From NCBI GenBank assembly GCA_963742045.1, contig CAVUKE010000001.1:55873-119872 (forward strand): 64,000 nucleotides of DNA. Reading direction: 5' to 3'. The position numbers and the translations under genes are program-made. Shown here one piece after another: positions 36,256-47,697 of this stretch. The notes beneath the pieces are model-generated. The model saw only the letters and a program-made list of their open reading frames with translations. It did no database searches and was not told the DNA's origin. The DNA comes from an uncultured Pseudomonadota bacterium (lineage in GTDB: Bacteria > Pseudomonadota > Gammaproteobacteria > Steroidobacterales > Steroidobacteraceae). Each line of letters begins with the position of its first letter. Position 1 is the stretch's first letter.

Positions 36256-36588
36256 TTAGTGGGCGGCGGAGCTGCCCGACAGGCAGGTCTTCATGAATGC
36301 ACTGCGGTCATCGCCCTTGAGTCCCTTGGCGCTGGCGTCCGCATTGCAGGTCTTCATCTTCTCCTGCTGGCTGTTCGTGTTGGTGCTGCTCGTCGTCGAG
36401 GAGTGCGACAGGCAGGTCTTCATGAACGCGCTGCGATCATCGCCCTTGAGTCCCTTGGCACTGGCGTCCGCGTTGCAGCTGGTCATCTTCGCCTGCTGAC
36501 TGTTCTCATCCGCCTGGGCGAGGGGAGCCTGAGCGGCCAGGATCGCCAGGGCGGCGGCGAGCGTCAGCAACCACGTTGAGCGTTTCAT
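36256..36588 (-). CDS. PsiF-repeat periplasmic protein
   Basis: Signal peptide plus two copies of Q(Q/E)xKM(T/K)(S/T)CNADASAKGLKGDDRSAFMKTCLS, the PsiF repeat. Confidence 0.8.
   Translation of the reverse strand: MKRSTWLLTLAAALAILAAQAPLAQADENSQQAKMTSCNADASAKGLKGDDRSAFMKTCLSHSSTTSSTNTNSQQEKMKTCNADASAKGLKGDDRSAFMKTCLSGSSAAH
36278..36504. repeat. Internal tandem duplication (period 129 nt, roughly 90 % identical by eye) encoding the two PsiF repeats
   Basis: gacaggcaggtcttcatgaa(t/c)gc(a/g)ctgcg(g/a)tcatcgcccttgagtcccttggc(g/a)ctggcgtccgc... occurs from 36278 and again from 36407. Confidence 0.7.
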
Positions 36589-36648
36589 GCATTCTCCTTT
36601 TCTACAGGGCGTGAGCCCACGCGGCTATGGTACCCCCAACGCGCCGCG

Positions 36649-38397
36649 CTACTCCATATCCGGATACGGACCACGGCCGCCGGCAGCAATGAAGCTCTCA
36701 ACGCGCGCCTGCAACACGGGCAGGGGCACCGATCCGAGCTCGAGCACCGAGTCGTGGAACGCGCGGATGTTGAACCGCTCGCCGAGCGCTTTTTCCGCCT
36801 TGGCGCGGCCTTCGAGAATCGCACGCTCGCCCAGATAGTACGACAGCGCCTGGCCTGGCCAGGTGATGTAGCGGTCAATCTCCGTGCCGATCTCGCGCTC
36901 CGGCAACGCGGTGTACTGGCGGAAGTAGTCCATCGCCTGCTCGCGCGTCCACCCCTGGGAATGAATGCCGGTATCCACGACGAGGCGCGCCGCGCGCCAG
37001 ATCTGGTAACCGAGCATGCCGAAGCGATCGTACGGGGTGTCGTACATACCCATCTCGCTGCCGAGCTGCTCGCAGTACAGCGCCCAGCCCTCCCCGTAGG
37101 CGGAGATGTACGTGAGCTGGCGGAATGCGGGCTGATCCTTGTGCTCCATGGCGATGGGGATCTGGAACGCGTGCCCCGGAGCTGACTCGTGCAGCGTGAG
37201 GGCGGTGAGGTTGTAGAGCGGACGGCTCGGCAAGTCGTAGGTGTTCAGCAGGTACACACCCGCACCGCCGCGCCCGGCCGTGTAGAACGGCGCCAGGTCA
37301 TCCGGCACCGGCTTGATGGCGAAGCGCGCGCGCGGCAGGTAGCCGAAGTACTGCGCCGCCTTGCCGTCGAAGCGCTTGGCGATCCAGGCGGCGTGCATCA
37401 GCAGTTCCTCGGGCGTCTTGACGTAAAAGCGCGCATCGGTGCGCAGATACTGCTGGAAGGCGGCAAAGTCCCCCTGGAAGCCGGTGTCGTGCATGGCGCC
37501 CAGCATGGCCTCGTGCAGGCGTCTGACCTCGGTGACGCCGAGTTCGTGGATCGCCTCAGGCTCCATGTCAAGGGTGGTGAACTCGCGGATCTTGGCGCGG
37601 TAGTAGTTCTTGCCGTCCGGCAGCGCCTCGGCGGCGAGCGTGGTGCGCATGCCGGGCACGTACTCCTCGCGCACGAACCTGAGCAACTGTGCGTAGGCGG
37701 GCTGCACCACATCGCGGATGGTCTTCACGGCCCGCTCGCGCAGCTCCTGCTGCTTCTGCGGCGCGATGCCGTTCATCTCCTTGAACGGGGTGTAGAAGAG
37801 GCTCGCCTCCGGGGCTGCCTCGGTGACCGCGGTGATCGAGGCATCGCGGCCTTGCATGGTAACGCGCGGCGGGGTGAAGCCGCGTTTGAGTCCCGCGCGC
37901 ATCTCGTCCATCTGTTCGTGGAAGTAGCGCGGAATGTCCTGCATCTGGGCGATCCAGTGCTGGTAGTCCTCGAGGCGGCGGAACGGCCGGCGTGCGGTGT
38001 AGCCGATATCGGTCCAGAAGGTGGTGTCCGAATTCGCCGGCATCTCGAAGTCGCGAAAGCGCTGGTTGGCAATGAGTACGGCGATCTGGGCGCGGTAGAT
38101 GTCGTAGTTGACCTGCTCCTTCCCCGACAGGCGCGCACGCCTGATGCCGTCCAGGCGCCGTTGCACGTCTTCCCAGTACTTCAGGCGCATTTGCTGGGTC
38201 GCCGGATCCACCCGCGGCAGGTGATCGGCGATCGGCCGGGTGCCGTCCTCATCATCCGGTTGCTGGTCGGTGCGCCACTTCCACTCACTGTTGTAAATCG
38301 CCTGCAGACGCGCATCCGCGTCGTGCTGGCGCGCACAGCCCGCGAGGAGCAAGGTGAGCACCGCGAGTGCAAGAGAGGGCTTGGCGAACGGGGGCAT
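36649..38397 (-). CDS. DUF885-family lipoprotein (putative metallopeptidase-like)
   Basis: 582 aa. Lipobox LLLAGC and a DUF885 pattern including [11 protein letters not shown]. Confidence 0.85.
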   Translation of the reverse strand: MPPFAKPSLALAVLTLLLAGCARQHDADARLQAIYNSEWKWRTDQQPDDEDGTRPIADHLPRVDPATQQMRLKYWEDVQRRLDGIRRARLSGKEQVNYDIYRAQIAVLIANQRFRDFEMPANSDTTFWTDIGYTARRPFRRLEDYQHWIAQMQDIPRYFHEQMDEMRAGLKRGFTPPRVTMQGRDASITAVTEAAPEASLFYTPFKEMNGIAPQKQQELRERAVKTIRDVVQPAYAQLLRFVREEYVPGMRTTLAAEALPDGKNYYRAKIREFTTLDMEPEAIHELGVTEVRRLHEAMLGAMHDTGFQGDFAAFQQYLRTDARFYVKTPEELLMHAAWIAKRFDGKAAQYFGYLPRARFAIKPVPDDLAPFYTAGRGGAGVYLLNTYDLPSRPLYNLTALTLHESAPGHAFQIPIAMEHKDQPAFRQLTYISAYGEGWALYCEQLGSEMGMYDTPYDRFGMLGYQIWRAARLVVDTGIHSQGWTREQAMDYFRQYTALPEREIGTEIDRYITWPGQALSYYLGERAILEGRAKAEKALGERFNIRAFHDSVLELGSVPLPVLQARVESFIAAGGRGPYPDME

Positions 38398-38483
38398 GTT
38401 GTTCTTTCCGGGCCGCAGGCACAGGCGACAGGATACTCGAACCGTTGCGTCGCGCTCGTTCCGTGCGGTACAACGTCGGGGTT

Positions 38484-38864
38484 ATGTGGAAAGCAATTGT
38501 TGCCGTCAGCATCGGCTCGAGCCTCGGGGCGCTGCTGCGCTGGTGGCTCGGGCTCTTCCTCAATGCCCAGTTCCCGACCATTCCCCCGGGCACGCTCGCG
38601 GCCAATCTCATCGGCGGCTACATCATCGGGATTGCGGTCGCCCTGTTCGCTACTTACTCGGCCATTGCCCCGGAGTGGCGGCTGTTCGTCATCACCGGCT
38701 TCTGCGGCGGACTCACCACGTTCTCAACCTTCTCCGCCGAGAACGTGACGCTGCTGCAACAGGGTCGGATGCTGTGGGCCGCAGGCCATGCCGCCGCACA
38801 CTTCACCGGCTCGGTCCTCATGACCTTTGCCGGGATCGGCACGGTCGCGTGGCTGCGCAGCTGA
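38484..38864 (+). CDS. crcB: Fluoride ion channel CrcB/FluC
   Basis: [22 protein letters not shown]...[14 protein letters not shown]...[13 protein letters not shown]. About 126 aa with four TM segments. Confidence 0.9.
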   Translation: MWKAIVAVSIGSSLGALLRWWLGLFLNAQFPTIPPGTLAANLIGGYIIGIAVALFATYSAIAPEWRLFVITGFCGGLTTFSTFSAENVTLLQQGRMLWAAGHAAAHFTGSVLMTFAGIGTVAWLRS

Positions 38865-38905
38865 AGGGGCCCGAACCACGCACTCAGCTGAAGGAGCTCA
38901 CGCCA

Positions 38906-39250
38906 ATGCAAGGCTCGTTCCTGCGTTTCTACGTGCACGAGAACCAGCGCTACCAGCGCCGCCTCGTGTGGGAGTGGCTGCTCGAGCAGGCCAATGCGCT
39001 CGGCATCCGCGGCGGCTCGGCGTTCCGCGCCATGGCCGGCTTCGGCCGCCACCACGTGCTGCACGAGAGCACGTTCTTCGAGCTCGCCGGCACGCTCACG
39101 GTTGAAGTGGAATTCATCGTGACCGACACGGAGGCGCAGCAGCTGCTGAAGCTGCTGCACGAGAACGGAATCCGCCTCTTCTACGCCTGTGTGCCGGCGC
39201 TCTTTGGCGTCGTCAACCCGGATGCGTCGGACCCGGCGAGCCAGGGGTGA
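38906..39250 (+). CDS. DUF190-domain protein (commonly linked to crcB)
   Basis: MQGSFLRFYVHENQRYQRRLVWEWLLEQANALGIRGGSAFRAMAGFGRHH...VEVEFIV. GAAGGAG lies upstream of ATG 38906. Confidence 0.8.
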   Translation: MQGSFLRFYVHENQRYQRRLVWEWLLEQANALGIRGGSAFRAMAGFGRHHVLHESTFFELAGTLTVEVEFIVTDTEAQQLLKLLHENGIRLFYACVPALFGVVNPDASDPASQG

Positions 39251-39274
39251 GGCGGCGCAGCACCGCCGTGGCAG

Positions 39275-39880
39275 CTACTTGCCGCGGTTCAGGGTGTGCA
39301 GCGGAACCGCGGAAGAGACGCCCAGGCGGGCGCGGTTGGCCTCGGGCGCGGCGAGCGGCTGACACTGCCTGAACGACTTGAGGCAACGAACGGCGAGGTC
39401 CTGATACTCGCGCGTGCCGTCGGCCTTCCAGGCAAGCTCCGCGCTCGTCAGTTCCCGCACGATGCGCGCCGGCACGCCCATGACGAGCGTGCGCTTAGGC
39501 ACCACGAAACCGGCGCGCACGAAGCTTGCCGCACCGACGAAGGCCTCCTCCTCGATCACCGCGCCATCCATGACGATGGCACCGATGCCGATCAGCGCGC
39601 CACGGCGGATCGTGCAGCCATGCAGTACGGCGGCATGACCGATGTGGGCGTCCTCCTCGAGCAGCGTGTCCTCGGCGGGGAAGCTGTGCAGTACGCAGCA
39701 GTCCTGGATGTTGACGCCGGCGTGCAGCACGATGCGGCCGAAATCCCCGCGCAAGGAGGCGCCCGGACCGACGTAACAGCGCGGCCCGATGATGACATCG
39801 CCGATCAGCACCGCCTCGGGGTGCACAAACGTGCTCGGATCAACCACCGGCACGAAACCATCGACCGAATACACCGGCAT
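39275..39880 (-). CDS. Left-handed beta-helix (gamma-carbonic-anhydrase-like) protein, PaaY/CaiE type
   Basis: 201 aa of hexapeptide repeats. [47 protein letters not shown]. Confidence 0.85.
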   Translation of the reverse strand: MPVYSVDGFVPVVDPSTFVHPEAVLIGDVIIGPRCYVGPGASLRGDFGRIVLHAGVNIQDCCVLHSFPAEDTLLEEDAHIGHAAVLHGCTIRRGALIGIGAIVMDGAVIEEEAFVGAASFVRAGFVVPKRTLVMGVPARIVRELTSAELAWKADGTREYQDLAVRCLKSFRQCQPLAAPEANRARLGVSSAVPLHTLNRGK

Positions 39881-39885
39881 CGCGA

Positions 39886-40635
39886 TTACCTCGCCTTGGT
39901 GCGGGCGAGAAAAGCGCTCACGGCCGTGCGGAACTCCTCGGACTTGAGCTGCGCGCCGAAGATGCTCGCCTCCTCGTCCATACGCGCAAGAATCGCAGCC
40001 GGGTCTCCGCGCAGCAGGCGGCGCGTCGCTATGAGCGCCTCGGGCGGCTGTCGCGCCACGCTCACGGCAAGCGCGTGCGCCTCCTCGCGCAGCGCGCTCT
40101 CTTCGACGAGGCGGTTCACGAGACCGAGCGTGTGTGCGGTGCCGGCATCAAAGCTCCTGCCGAGCAGCAGCAACTCCGCGGCGCGCTGTGGCCCGATGAG
40201 CCGCGGCAGCAGGAGCGAACTGGCAGCCTCGGGCACGAGACCCAAGCTCACGAACGGCATCGAGAACTGGGTCGTGCGTGCCGCCACGATCAGATCACAG
40301 TGCAGGAGCATCGTCACGCCGATGCCAACGGTCTGGCCGTGCACGGCCGCGAGCAACGGCTTCTGCAGCGTCGCGAGCGTCCGCAGCAGCCCCATCACCG
40401 GGTGCGCGCTTGTGAAGTTGGAGTTCAGAAAATCGTGCAGGTCATTGCCGGCGCAGAATCCGGCGCCCGCCCCGCTCAGCAGCACCGCGCGGATGTCCGA
40501 ATCCGCCTGCGCCCCCAGCAGTGCGCCGCGCAGTGCCTCGTACATGGCAAAGGTGATCGCATTGCGCTTCTCGGGGCGGTTCAGGCGCACCTCGCACACC
40601 CCGTCCGCACGACTCACCAGCACCTGCTCGCTCAT
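39886..40635 (-). CDS. Enoyl-CoA hydratase/isomerase (crotonase) family protein
   Basis: [28 protein letters not shown]...[14 protein letters not shown]...[20 protein letters not shown]. Start taken at ATG 40635. Confidence 0.85.
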   Translation of the reverse strand: MSEQVLVSRADGVCEVRLNRPEKRNAITFAMYEALRGALLGAQADSDIRAVLLSGAGAGFCAGNDLHDFLNSNFTSAHPVMGLLRTLATLQKPLLAAVHGQTVGIGVTMLLHCDLIVAARTTQFSMPFVSLGLVPEAASSLLLPRLIGPQRAAELLLLGRSFDAGTAHTLGLVNRLVEESALREEAHALAVSVARQPPEALIATRRLLRGDPAAILARMDEEASIFGAQLKSEEFRTAVSAFLARTKAR

Positions 40636-40706
40636 GCACTCACTTTGCCCAGTACGCCGGCGGCGCGCAACTGCGCGAACGCGCCGCGGGGCGGGAGTCG
40701 CAACGC

Positions 40707-42227
40707 TCAGGGTGCGGGCGGCGCCGCAGGCCCCGGGCCGCGGAAGTTCACGTCGCCGTCGGCGGCGAGCCATACCAAGGCGGCCCACGCGGCAACGTTC
40801 TGGTCCAGCTGCGCGCGGTCGACCTTGTCGAGCGTGTCATCGGCGGTGTGATGAATGTCGAAGTAGCGCGTGGCGTCCTGGTCCAAAGCGAACCCCGGCA
40901 CGCCCGTGGCGATCGTGGGCTCCACGTCCGTTCCCACATCCACTGGCGGGCGTCGGGAGGCGAGGATGCCGAGCGGCCCAAACACTCGCATGAGGGTGTC
41001 CGCGAAGGGCGCGTGCGCCACGGCCGGCGGCAACGCCACCGCATAGATCCGATCGGTGCCCAGATCGCTCTCCGCGGCGAGTACGTGCCGGGCAAGCTCA
41101 GCCTGGTGATTGTCCGCGTAGGAGTGCCCACCGAAGGCGCCGCCCGGGGGCTGTGGCTGCGCGGGCTCCTCGGAGCCGAACAACACCACGCGCACGGTGC
41201 GGCGCGGCTTGTGGGGCAGGTCGCGGATGAGTTTTGCCGCCGCGGCAATGATCGCGGTGCCCGTGCCGTCATCGATCGCGCCGGTGCCCTGATCCCAACT
41301 GTCCAGGTGCGCGCCGAGGAGCACAAACTCCTCGGGCTTGGCGCTGCCGCGTACGTCAGCGATCACGTTCTGCGAGTGCGCCTCACTCACGTAGGAGGCA
41401 CCCGAGAACAGGTGCACGCGCGGGGTCTGCCCGAGCGCGGCGATGCGCTCGAGCTGCTCGGCATCCGGGACGCTGAGGGCGAAGGCGGGCACGGCCACGC
41501 GTCCCTCCACGTAACGTGTCGTGCCGGTGTGTGCGAGGCGATGGCTGTCGGTGCCGGCCGAGCGCAGCATGAAGGCGATCGCCCCGGCGCGCGCCGCAGC
41601 ACTCGGCCCGTCGGTGCGGGCCGCCACGACCGGCCCGTAGCCCTCCCCGTCCTGTGTGCGCACCATGCGTGCGGTCACCACGGCCACTTTTCCGGCAAGG
41701 GAGCCGGCGGGGGCGGCCTTCAGGTCCTCGAGCGTGGCAAAAATCGCCACATCGCCCTCGAGTCCGGCGGCCGGGGTCGGCGGGGACTCGCCCAGGGCGG
41801 CCACCACGAGCGGCTGTTTGGAGGGGGCCACGAGCCGGGCACTCTCCTCGCCACGCACCCAGGCGGTCACCGGAAAGCTCTCGATGTGCACGTTCTCAAA
41901 TCCAAGGGCCTTCAAGCGCGCTGCGGCCCAGTTGGCCGCATCGTGTTCGTTCTGGGAGCCCGAGGGGCGCGGACCGAAGCGCGTGGTGAGTTCGCTCACC
42001 CAGCTGTAGGCGATGTCGTGCCCGGCAAGAGCGGCGTCACGCAGCTGGGCTGCGACCGTCTCTGGGGGCACGGCGGGAGCTGCCATGAGTGAGGCGGCGG
42101 CTGAGCACAGGAACGCGGCGCTGAGGGGCAGTGTAAGGCGAGCGAGGATTGGGTGGCGCACGGGGGCTTCATCCATCGAAAACGACGAAGCGGCGCATTC
42201 TACGGGATGCACGTGCACGCGTACCAC
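40707..42227 (-). CDS. M28-family aminopeptidase with PA domain
   Basis: Signal peptide, then ...NVIADVRGS...VLLGAHLDSWDQGTGAIDDGTGTAIIAAAAKLI...VRVVLFGSEE...HHTADDTLDK. The start is 42227 or 42176. Confidence 0.85.
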   Translation of the reverse strand: MVRVHVHPVECAASSFSMDEAPVRHPILARLTLPLSAAFLCSAAASLMAAPAVPPETVAAQLRDAALAGHDIAYSWVSELTTRFGPRPSGSQNEHDAANWAAARLKALGFENVHIESFPVTAWVRGEESARLVAPSKQPLVVAALGESPPTPAAGLEGDVAIFATLEDLKAAPAGSLAGKVAVVTARMVRTQDGEGYGPVVAARTDGPSAAARAGAIAFMLRSAGTDSHRLAHTGTTRYVEGRVAVPAFALSVPDAEQLERIAALGQTPRVHLFSGASYVSEAHSQNVIADVRGSAKPEEFVLLGAHLDSWDQGTGAIDDGTGTAIIAAAAKLIRDLPHKPRRTVRVVLFGSEEPAQPQPPGGAFGGHSYADNHQAELARHVLAAESDLGTDRIYAVALPPAVAHAPFADTLMRVFGPLGILASRRPPVDVGTDVEPTIATGVPGFALDQDATRYFDIHHTADDTLDKVDRAQLDQNVAAWAALVWLAADGDVNFRGPGPAAPPAP

Positions 42228-42251
42228 GCGGCGCGTGCATACACCGCGTCG

Positions 42252-45200
42252 CTAGGGCAGCTGATCGATCGGCAGGGGCCTGGCGAGATAAAAGCCCTGG
42301 GCGTAGTCGACGCCGATGTTCTTCAGCTCCCCGAGCACCGCCTCGCTCTCGACGCACTCGGCGACGGTCGCGATGCCCAGCGCACGGCCCACCTTGCCGA
42401 TCGCCTCCACCATGCTGCGGTTCACCGCATCGTGGGTGATGTGGCTGATGAACTGCCCGTCGATCTTCAGGAAGTCGACCGGCAGGGACTTCAGGTACAC
42501 GAACGAAGAGACGCCGGTGCCGAAGTCATCCAGTGAGAATTTGCAGCCGCGGGCTTTGAGCTCGGTCATGAGGAAGCGCGCGTTGGCGAGGCTCGTGACC
42601 GCGGCAGTCTCGGTGATCTCGAAGCACAGCGCGGAAGCAATCGCAGGCTCCCCGACGCTTTGCAGCACGAAGTCCACGAACGACTGCTCATTGAGCGAGG
42701 TGCCCGAGAGATTGACCGCGAGCAGCGGCAGGGGCTGACCGGCGCGCTGGCGCCGGTGCAGCAGCTCGAGCGCACGCTCCACCACCCAGCGATCGATGGC
42801 CGACATGACGTTGTAGCGCTCGGCCGCGGGAATGAACTCGGTGGGCGCCACGAGTTCGCCGCCGTCATCGCGCAGGCGCACGGTAAGTTCGTAGAAGGCG
42901 CGGCCATTGGCGCTGCCGAGGGAGACGATCGGCTGGAAATAAAGCTCGAGGCGGTTGTCCTCAGCGGCGCGCGTCACGCGCGCGACCCAGTGCATCTCCT
43001 TGTGCCGGTGCGAGACGCCCTCCGCGCCGTACACGTGAATGCGGTTGCGGCCGGCGTCCTTGGCGGCGTAGCAGGCGATATCGGCCGCGGACATGACGCT
43101 CGTCACGTTCTCCGTCTCGGCGCGGATCTGCACGATGCCGATGCTCGCGCCCACCGAGAGCGTGCCCGTGCCCCACACGAAGCGGAAGTCGCGGATCGCC
43201 TGGCGCACCCCTTCAGCAATGCGCGTGGCCTGCTCGAGCGTGCACACCCTCGAGCAGCACACCGAACTCATCGCCCCCGAGGCGCGCGATGGTGTCGGTG
43301 GCGCGCACGCGCGTCTGCAGCAGTCCCGTCACGTCGCGCAGCAGCCGATCGCCGGCCTGGTGACCGCAGGTGTCGTTGACCACCTTGAACTGATCCAGAT
43401 CGATGTAGAGCAGCGCGTAGGAGCCCTCGCCGCGCTGCGCCGACAAGAGCGCCCCGTGCAGGCGGTTATCGAACTCGCGCCGGTTGATGAGGCCGGTGAG
43501 CGCATCGTGGCTCGCCTGCCACGAGAGCGCGCGTCGCAGCCGCCGCTCCTTGGTGACATCGTGGAACACCACCACCGCGCCGATCACGCGGCCCTGGCGG
43601 TCGCACATGGGCGCGGCGGACTCCTGGATCGCCACTTCGTGTCCGGTGCGCGTGATGAGCACGGCGTGGTCCGCCGGCGCCATGGCGCCGGCGCGCGCCG
43701 AGCGCGCCGTCGAGAGAATTTTCAATCGGCTCGCGCGTGATCTCGTTGACGAGCTTCAGCACCGCGGCGATCGGCTGACCGCGCGCGTCCGCAAGACTCC
43801 AGGCGGTGAGACTCTCGGCCACCGGGTTGATGTACTCGATGCGCCCCTCGGCGTCGGTGCTGATCACGGCATCCCCGATCGATTGCGAGCGTCACCTGCG
43901 CGCGCTCCTTCTCGGCAAAGATCGCCTGCTCGGCGCGCTTGCGCTCGGTGATGTTGGCGATCGTGCCCTCGTAGCCGATGATGCCGGCCGGCCGCATCGC
44001 ACATCGGGCGCGCGTTCTCGAGCACCACGATCTGCTGCCCATCGCGCCGACGCATGAGGAACTCCGCATCACGGATCTCCCCTTCCGAGTCGACGCGGCG
44101 GGCAAATTCGGTGCGGTCGGCCGGATCCCAGTAAAGGAGCGCCGCGCTCGAGAGCCCGTACATCTCCTCGGCGCTGCGGTAACCGAGCATGGCGACGAAT
44201 GCGGGGTTCACCGACAAGAGCCGCCCGTCGCGGCCACTCTGGTACACCCCTTCGGCGATGCTCTCGAAGAGCCCGCGGAACTTCGCCTCGCTGCTGCGCA
44301 GCGCCTCCTCGCCCAGGCGCCGCTCGATGGCGATGCCGGCCAGCTGCGCGGCGCGCGCCATGATTTCCGCCTCCGCGGCACTCGGCACGCCCACCTGCTC
44401 GCGGTACACCCCGAGTGAGCCGAGCACCTGCCCGCCGGCCGCCTTGATGGGGGTCGACCAGGCCGCCCGCAGACCGGCCTCGAGGGCGGCCTCGCGCGCC
44501 TCGATCCAGAACGGATCCTTGCCCAGATCCGCCACCAGCACCTGGCGCCCCAGATAGACGCAGGCGGCGCAGGAGCCGTTACCGATGCCGATACTTGCCT
44601 GCTCGAGTGCTGCGCGCAGCGGCGCCGTCAGGCGCGGCGCCACCACGGCGGAGAAGGCTTGCCCGTCCGCCCCGAGCACGCTCACCGAGCAGGCCGCGCC
44701 CATGATGGCCGCTTCGATGAGCCAGGTGATGCCGGCGAGCACTTCCGGCAGGGGCGCGTGGCGCGTGACCTGCTCGAACACCTGGCGTTCGGCCGCCGCG
44801 ATGCGCTCGGCGCGCTTGCGCTCGGAGATATCGGCGATGCTGCCGCGCACCAGGCGGCGGTTGCCACTCGGCAGGCGCACCAGGCGCACCTCGCAGATGA
44901 TCTCCTGGCCGCTCGCATCGCGATGCAACCACTCAAACTGCTGCACTTCGCCCGCGAGGGCGCGCTCGATATAGGCACGTGCGCGCTCCTCGGAGGCGGC
45001 GCCGTCGGGCTGCCGGGGGGACTTAATGTGACCGGGCCGAGCTGCAGCAGCTGCTCGCGCCCGAGTCCGAAGAGTTTCTGCGCGTTCTGGTTGGCATCGA
45101 CAAAGCGTCCGGTATCCACATCCAGCACGACGATCACCTCCGGCGCGTGATCGACCAGGAGCTGATAACGCGCCGCGCTCTCGCGCATGGCCTGCTCGCG

Positions 45201-45890
45201 CTCGCGCCGCTCGCTGACATCGCGCAGGCACAAAACGAACATCTGCCGATGCGAGAGCGGCGCCTTGCTGACGGCGATCTCGGCCGGGAAGAGCTCCCCG
45301 TCCTGGCGCTGCGCCCACAGCTCCCGCGCGGTCAGATCGAGTGCGGTATCGCCCAGGCTCGCCGCGAGGCGCTCGAGTGCCTCGGGAATGCTCTCGCCAC
45401 TGGCGATCTTCGGCAGAAGCACATCGATGCGCTTGCCGATCACCTCCTCCTCGGAGTAACCGAATACGCGCGCCCCGGTGGGGTTGAAGGTGCGGATGAG
45501 GCCGGCCTCATCCAGCAGCAGCACCACGTCCTTGATGTGATCGAGGATCACCTGCAGGTGCTCGCTTGACTGCTCGCGCGCCTCGTGCGCGAGCGCCTGC
45601 GCCTCATCGGCCATCAGGCGCATCGACTCCACGATCCCGCGCCGCTCGCGCTCCACCGTCAGGTAGTGATCGTTGATCAGGCGCAGCAGCATCGGCACTT
45701 CCGGTACCGCGCTGCCCGTGCGCAGCTGCAACTCGCGCAGCTGCGCCTTCAGCTGCGGGTGCAGCTCCGGATAGGTCTCAGCGTGTGGGCGCGCATCCGC
45801 CCGCACGAGCGTAGTCGTGGCCCCGGGCGTGGGCTCGGAAGGATCCGGATGGGTCCGAAACGGGTGCGTCTTTGACATAACCAGGGCCAC
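42252..45890 (-). pseudogene. Multi-domain c-di-GMP signalling protein (PAS-PAS-GAF-PAS-PAS-GGDEF-EAL) broken by about 5 frameshifts
   Basis: Six overlapping minus-strand ORFs each carry a consecutive piece of one protein: 44682-45890, 43864-45318, 43722-44105, 43466-43867, 43213-43725 and 42252-43271. Junctions lie near 45015-45020, 43973-43985, 43886, 43684-43690 and 43243-43248. GGDEFGVLLE, the EAL core (ELYFQPIV ... DDFGTG) and several PAS S-boxes are readable. Confidence 0.85.
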
Positions 45891-45973
45891 TAAACCCGAT
45901 TGAGATCATACGGGGCCGGTGCAGTCGGGCTTGTGAAGCCCTTCGCGAAACGGCCCAGTGCCCCTTGTGGGGT

Positions 45974-46576
45974 TTAGCGCGCAGCCGCGGTCGCGGGGGG
46001 CGAAGCGGAGGCCGTCGTGGCGGGAGCGCCGCCGGCGGCAGGCTTGGTCGGCAGGTCCGGGAAGCCGCTGCCGGCGATCACGGGAATCGAATACGTCTGG
46101 GTCGAGATCTGACCGCCCAGGTCGACTGAGACCACCGCTGTGAGCAGGTAGATGCCGTTCTTCTTGGGCAGCACCTGGACGGTGCGCTCGATGGGGGTGT
46201 TCTCCACTGGCTTTTCGGCCGGCTCAAGCTCCCCGGAACCGACCAGTTCCAGACCCTCCTCGCCCTCGACCTTGCCGAAGATGCGGTCAAGATTGCTGGC
46301 CGTGGGCAGGATCGACAGATCAATATCCACCGGCTGCGCCACATCCGGACGCCTGAGCAGGGCGAACTTCACCTGCACCGGGATCGGGCTGCTGCCCGGC
46401 TTGGTCGAGGTCACCGCGCCGACCAGACTGCGCGCCATCGCATCCTTGTGACTGAGCGGCTTCTTGGCGCGCGTCGCGGCCCGGCCAGCCGGGGTCTCAT
46501 CGTGGCTCGAGCCGCAGCCGCCGAGCAGGGCGGCGATGAGCACGGCGGCCACTGCGTTCCTCGCGATAGTCCACAT
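45974..46576 (-). CDS. Lipoprotein of unknown function
   Basis: 200 aa. Lipobox ALLGGCGS, then a beta-rich body. No family recognised. Confidence 0.55.
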   Translation of the reverse strand: MWTIARNAVAAVLIAALLGGCGSSHDETPAGRAATRAKKPLSHKDAMARSLVGAVTSTKPGSSPIPVQVKFALLRRPDVAQPVDIDLSILPTASNLDRIFGKVEGEEGLELVGSGELEPAEKPVENTPIERTVQVLPKKNGIYLLTAVVSVDLGGQISTQTYSIPVIAGSGFPDLPTKPAAGGAPATTASASPPATAAAR

Positions 46577-46688
46577 GGGGGTTTTGCGCTGCTACCTGGA
46601 ATTTGCCTTAAGTCACATCCGCCTCAATGCCCACAATACCGCCTCTGTGGGGCGCCACGCACGTGCTGCATTTCGCATTTCCGCACTC

Positions 46689-47688
46689 TCACCCCCGCAG
46701 CAGCGGCGGATCCTCGATCTGCGCCATCTGCTCGATGAGGTCGATGACGTAGCCCTCCCAGTAGCGCTCCTCGCCAAACCAGGGAAATGCCCGCGGAAAG
46801 GCCGGATCCCCCCAGCGGTGCGCCACCCAGGCGGCATGGTGCAGCATGCGCAGCGAACGCAAGGGCTCGATCAGGCGCACCTGCGTGTAGTCAAAGTCCG
46901 CAAACTGCCGGTAGCCCTCGAGCAGCTCGCGCCCACTGGTGCTGCTGCTCATCGGGGGAGCCGGCCAGCATCATCCACAGATCCTGCACGCGTGGGCCCA
47001 TGGCGCAATCATCCAGGTCGACGAACACCGGGCCCTGCTCGTTCCACAGCAGATTCCCGAGGTGGCAGTCCCCGTGCAGGCGGATCTGGCTGATGCCACC
47101 GACGGAGGCGAAGGACTCGCTCACCCGCTCCAGCAGCGCCCCGCTCACCGAGGCATACCGCTCATGCAGCCGCTGCGGCAAGAGCTCGCTTTCGAGCACC
47201 TGGGCGCGCGCCTCCCAGCCGAGGCGCTCCACCCCGATGCGCGGGCGCACGGCGAAGGGGCGCCGGGCGCCGACCTGGTGCAGCCGCGCAAGGCTGCGGC
47301 CGAGGATCTGGCGGGCTTCCGGGGCATCCAGCTCCGGGGCACGTCCGCGCATGAAGGGGAAGGCGGCGAAGCGAAAATCACTGAAGCGCAGCAGCGTGTG
47401 CCCGCCGATGAGAAGCGGGGCCGCCACCGGCAGCTCTGCGGCCGCCAGCTCCTGGGTGAACTCGTGCTCCTCGGAGATCTGCGCATCACTCCAGCGCCGC
47501 GGCCGGTAGAACTTCAGCACCAGGGTGCGCGTGTCGCTGCCGAGCTGGTAGACGCGGTTTTCGTAGCTGTTGAGGGCGAACAGACGCCCGTCCGGCTCCA
47601 GGCCAAAGGCGGCGGCCGCGTCCAGGACCACCTCGGGCGTGAGTCCAGCGAAAGGTTGCACCGTGCTGTCGCGGCTTTTGTTTATCAT
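46689..47688 (-). pseudogene. srkA: Stress-response Ser/Thr kinase SrkA (YihE/RdoA) with one frameshift
   Basis: ORF 46891-47706 (LNSYENRVYQL...RLHGDCHLGNLLW...FVDLDDCAMGPRVQDLWMMLAGSP) continues in ORF 46689-46952 (MSSSTSGRELLEGYRQFADFD...IEPLRSLRMLHHAAWVAHRWGDPAFPRAFPWF). Both halves align colinearly with my recollection of E. coli YihE. The junction is at the G5 run 46954-46958. Confidence 0.85.
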
Positions 47689-47697
47689 CGGGCCACC

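Noticed and set aside
38398-38483. Possible fluoride riboswitch upstream of crcB
   Set aside because: Only GGCGA...AACCG resembles the motif. The GAUG and GAUGAUxCCUAC elements are absent as far as I can see. It needs cmsearch to be sure.
35066-42092. Other long antisense ORFs (35066-36229, 37189-38748, 39296-40993, 40848-42092)
   Set aside because: Each lies opposite a gene with clear family signatures (LLM, DUF885, PaaY/ECH, M28). The composition is low-complexity and I saw no motifs.
47061-47076. Sigma-54-like TGGCAGtccccGTGCA on the plus strand
   Set aside because: It lies inside the srkA coding sequence, more than 600 nt from the next plus-strand start (galE). The -12 element is imperfect, so it is likely a chance match.
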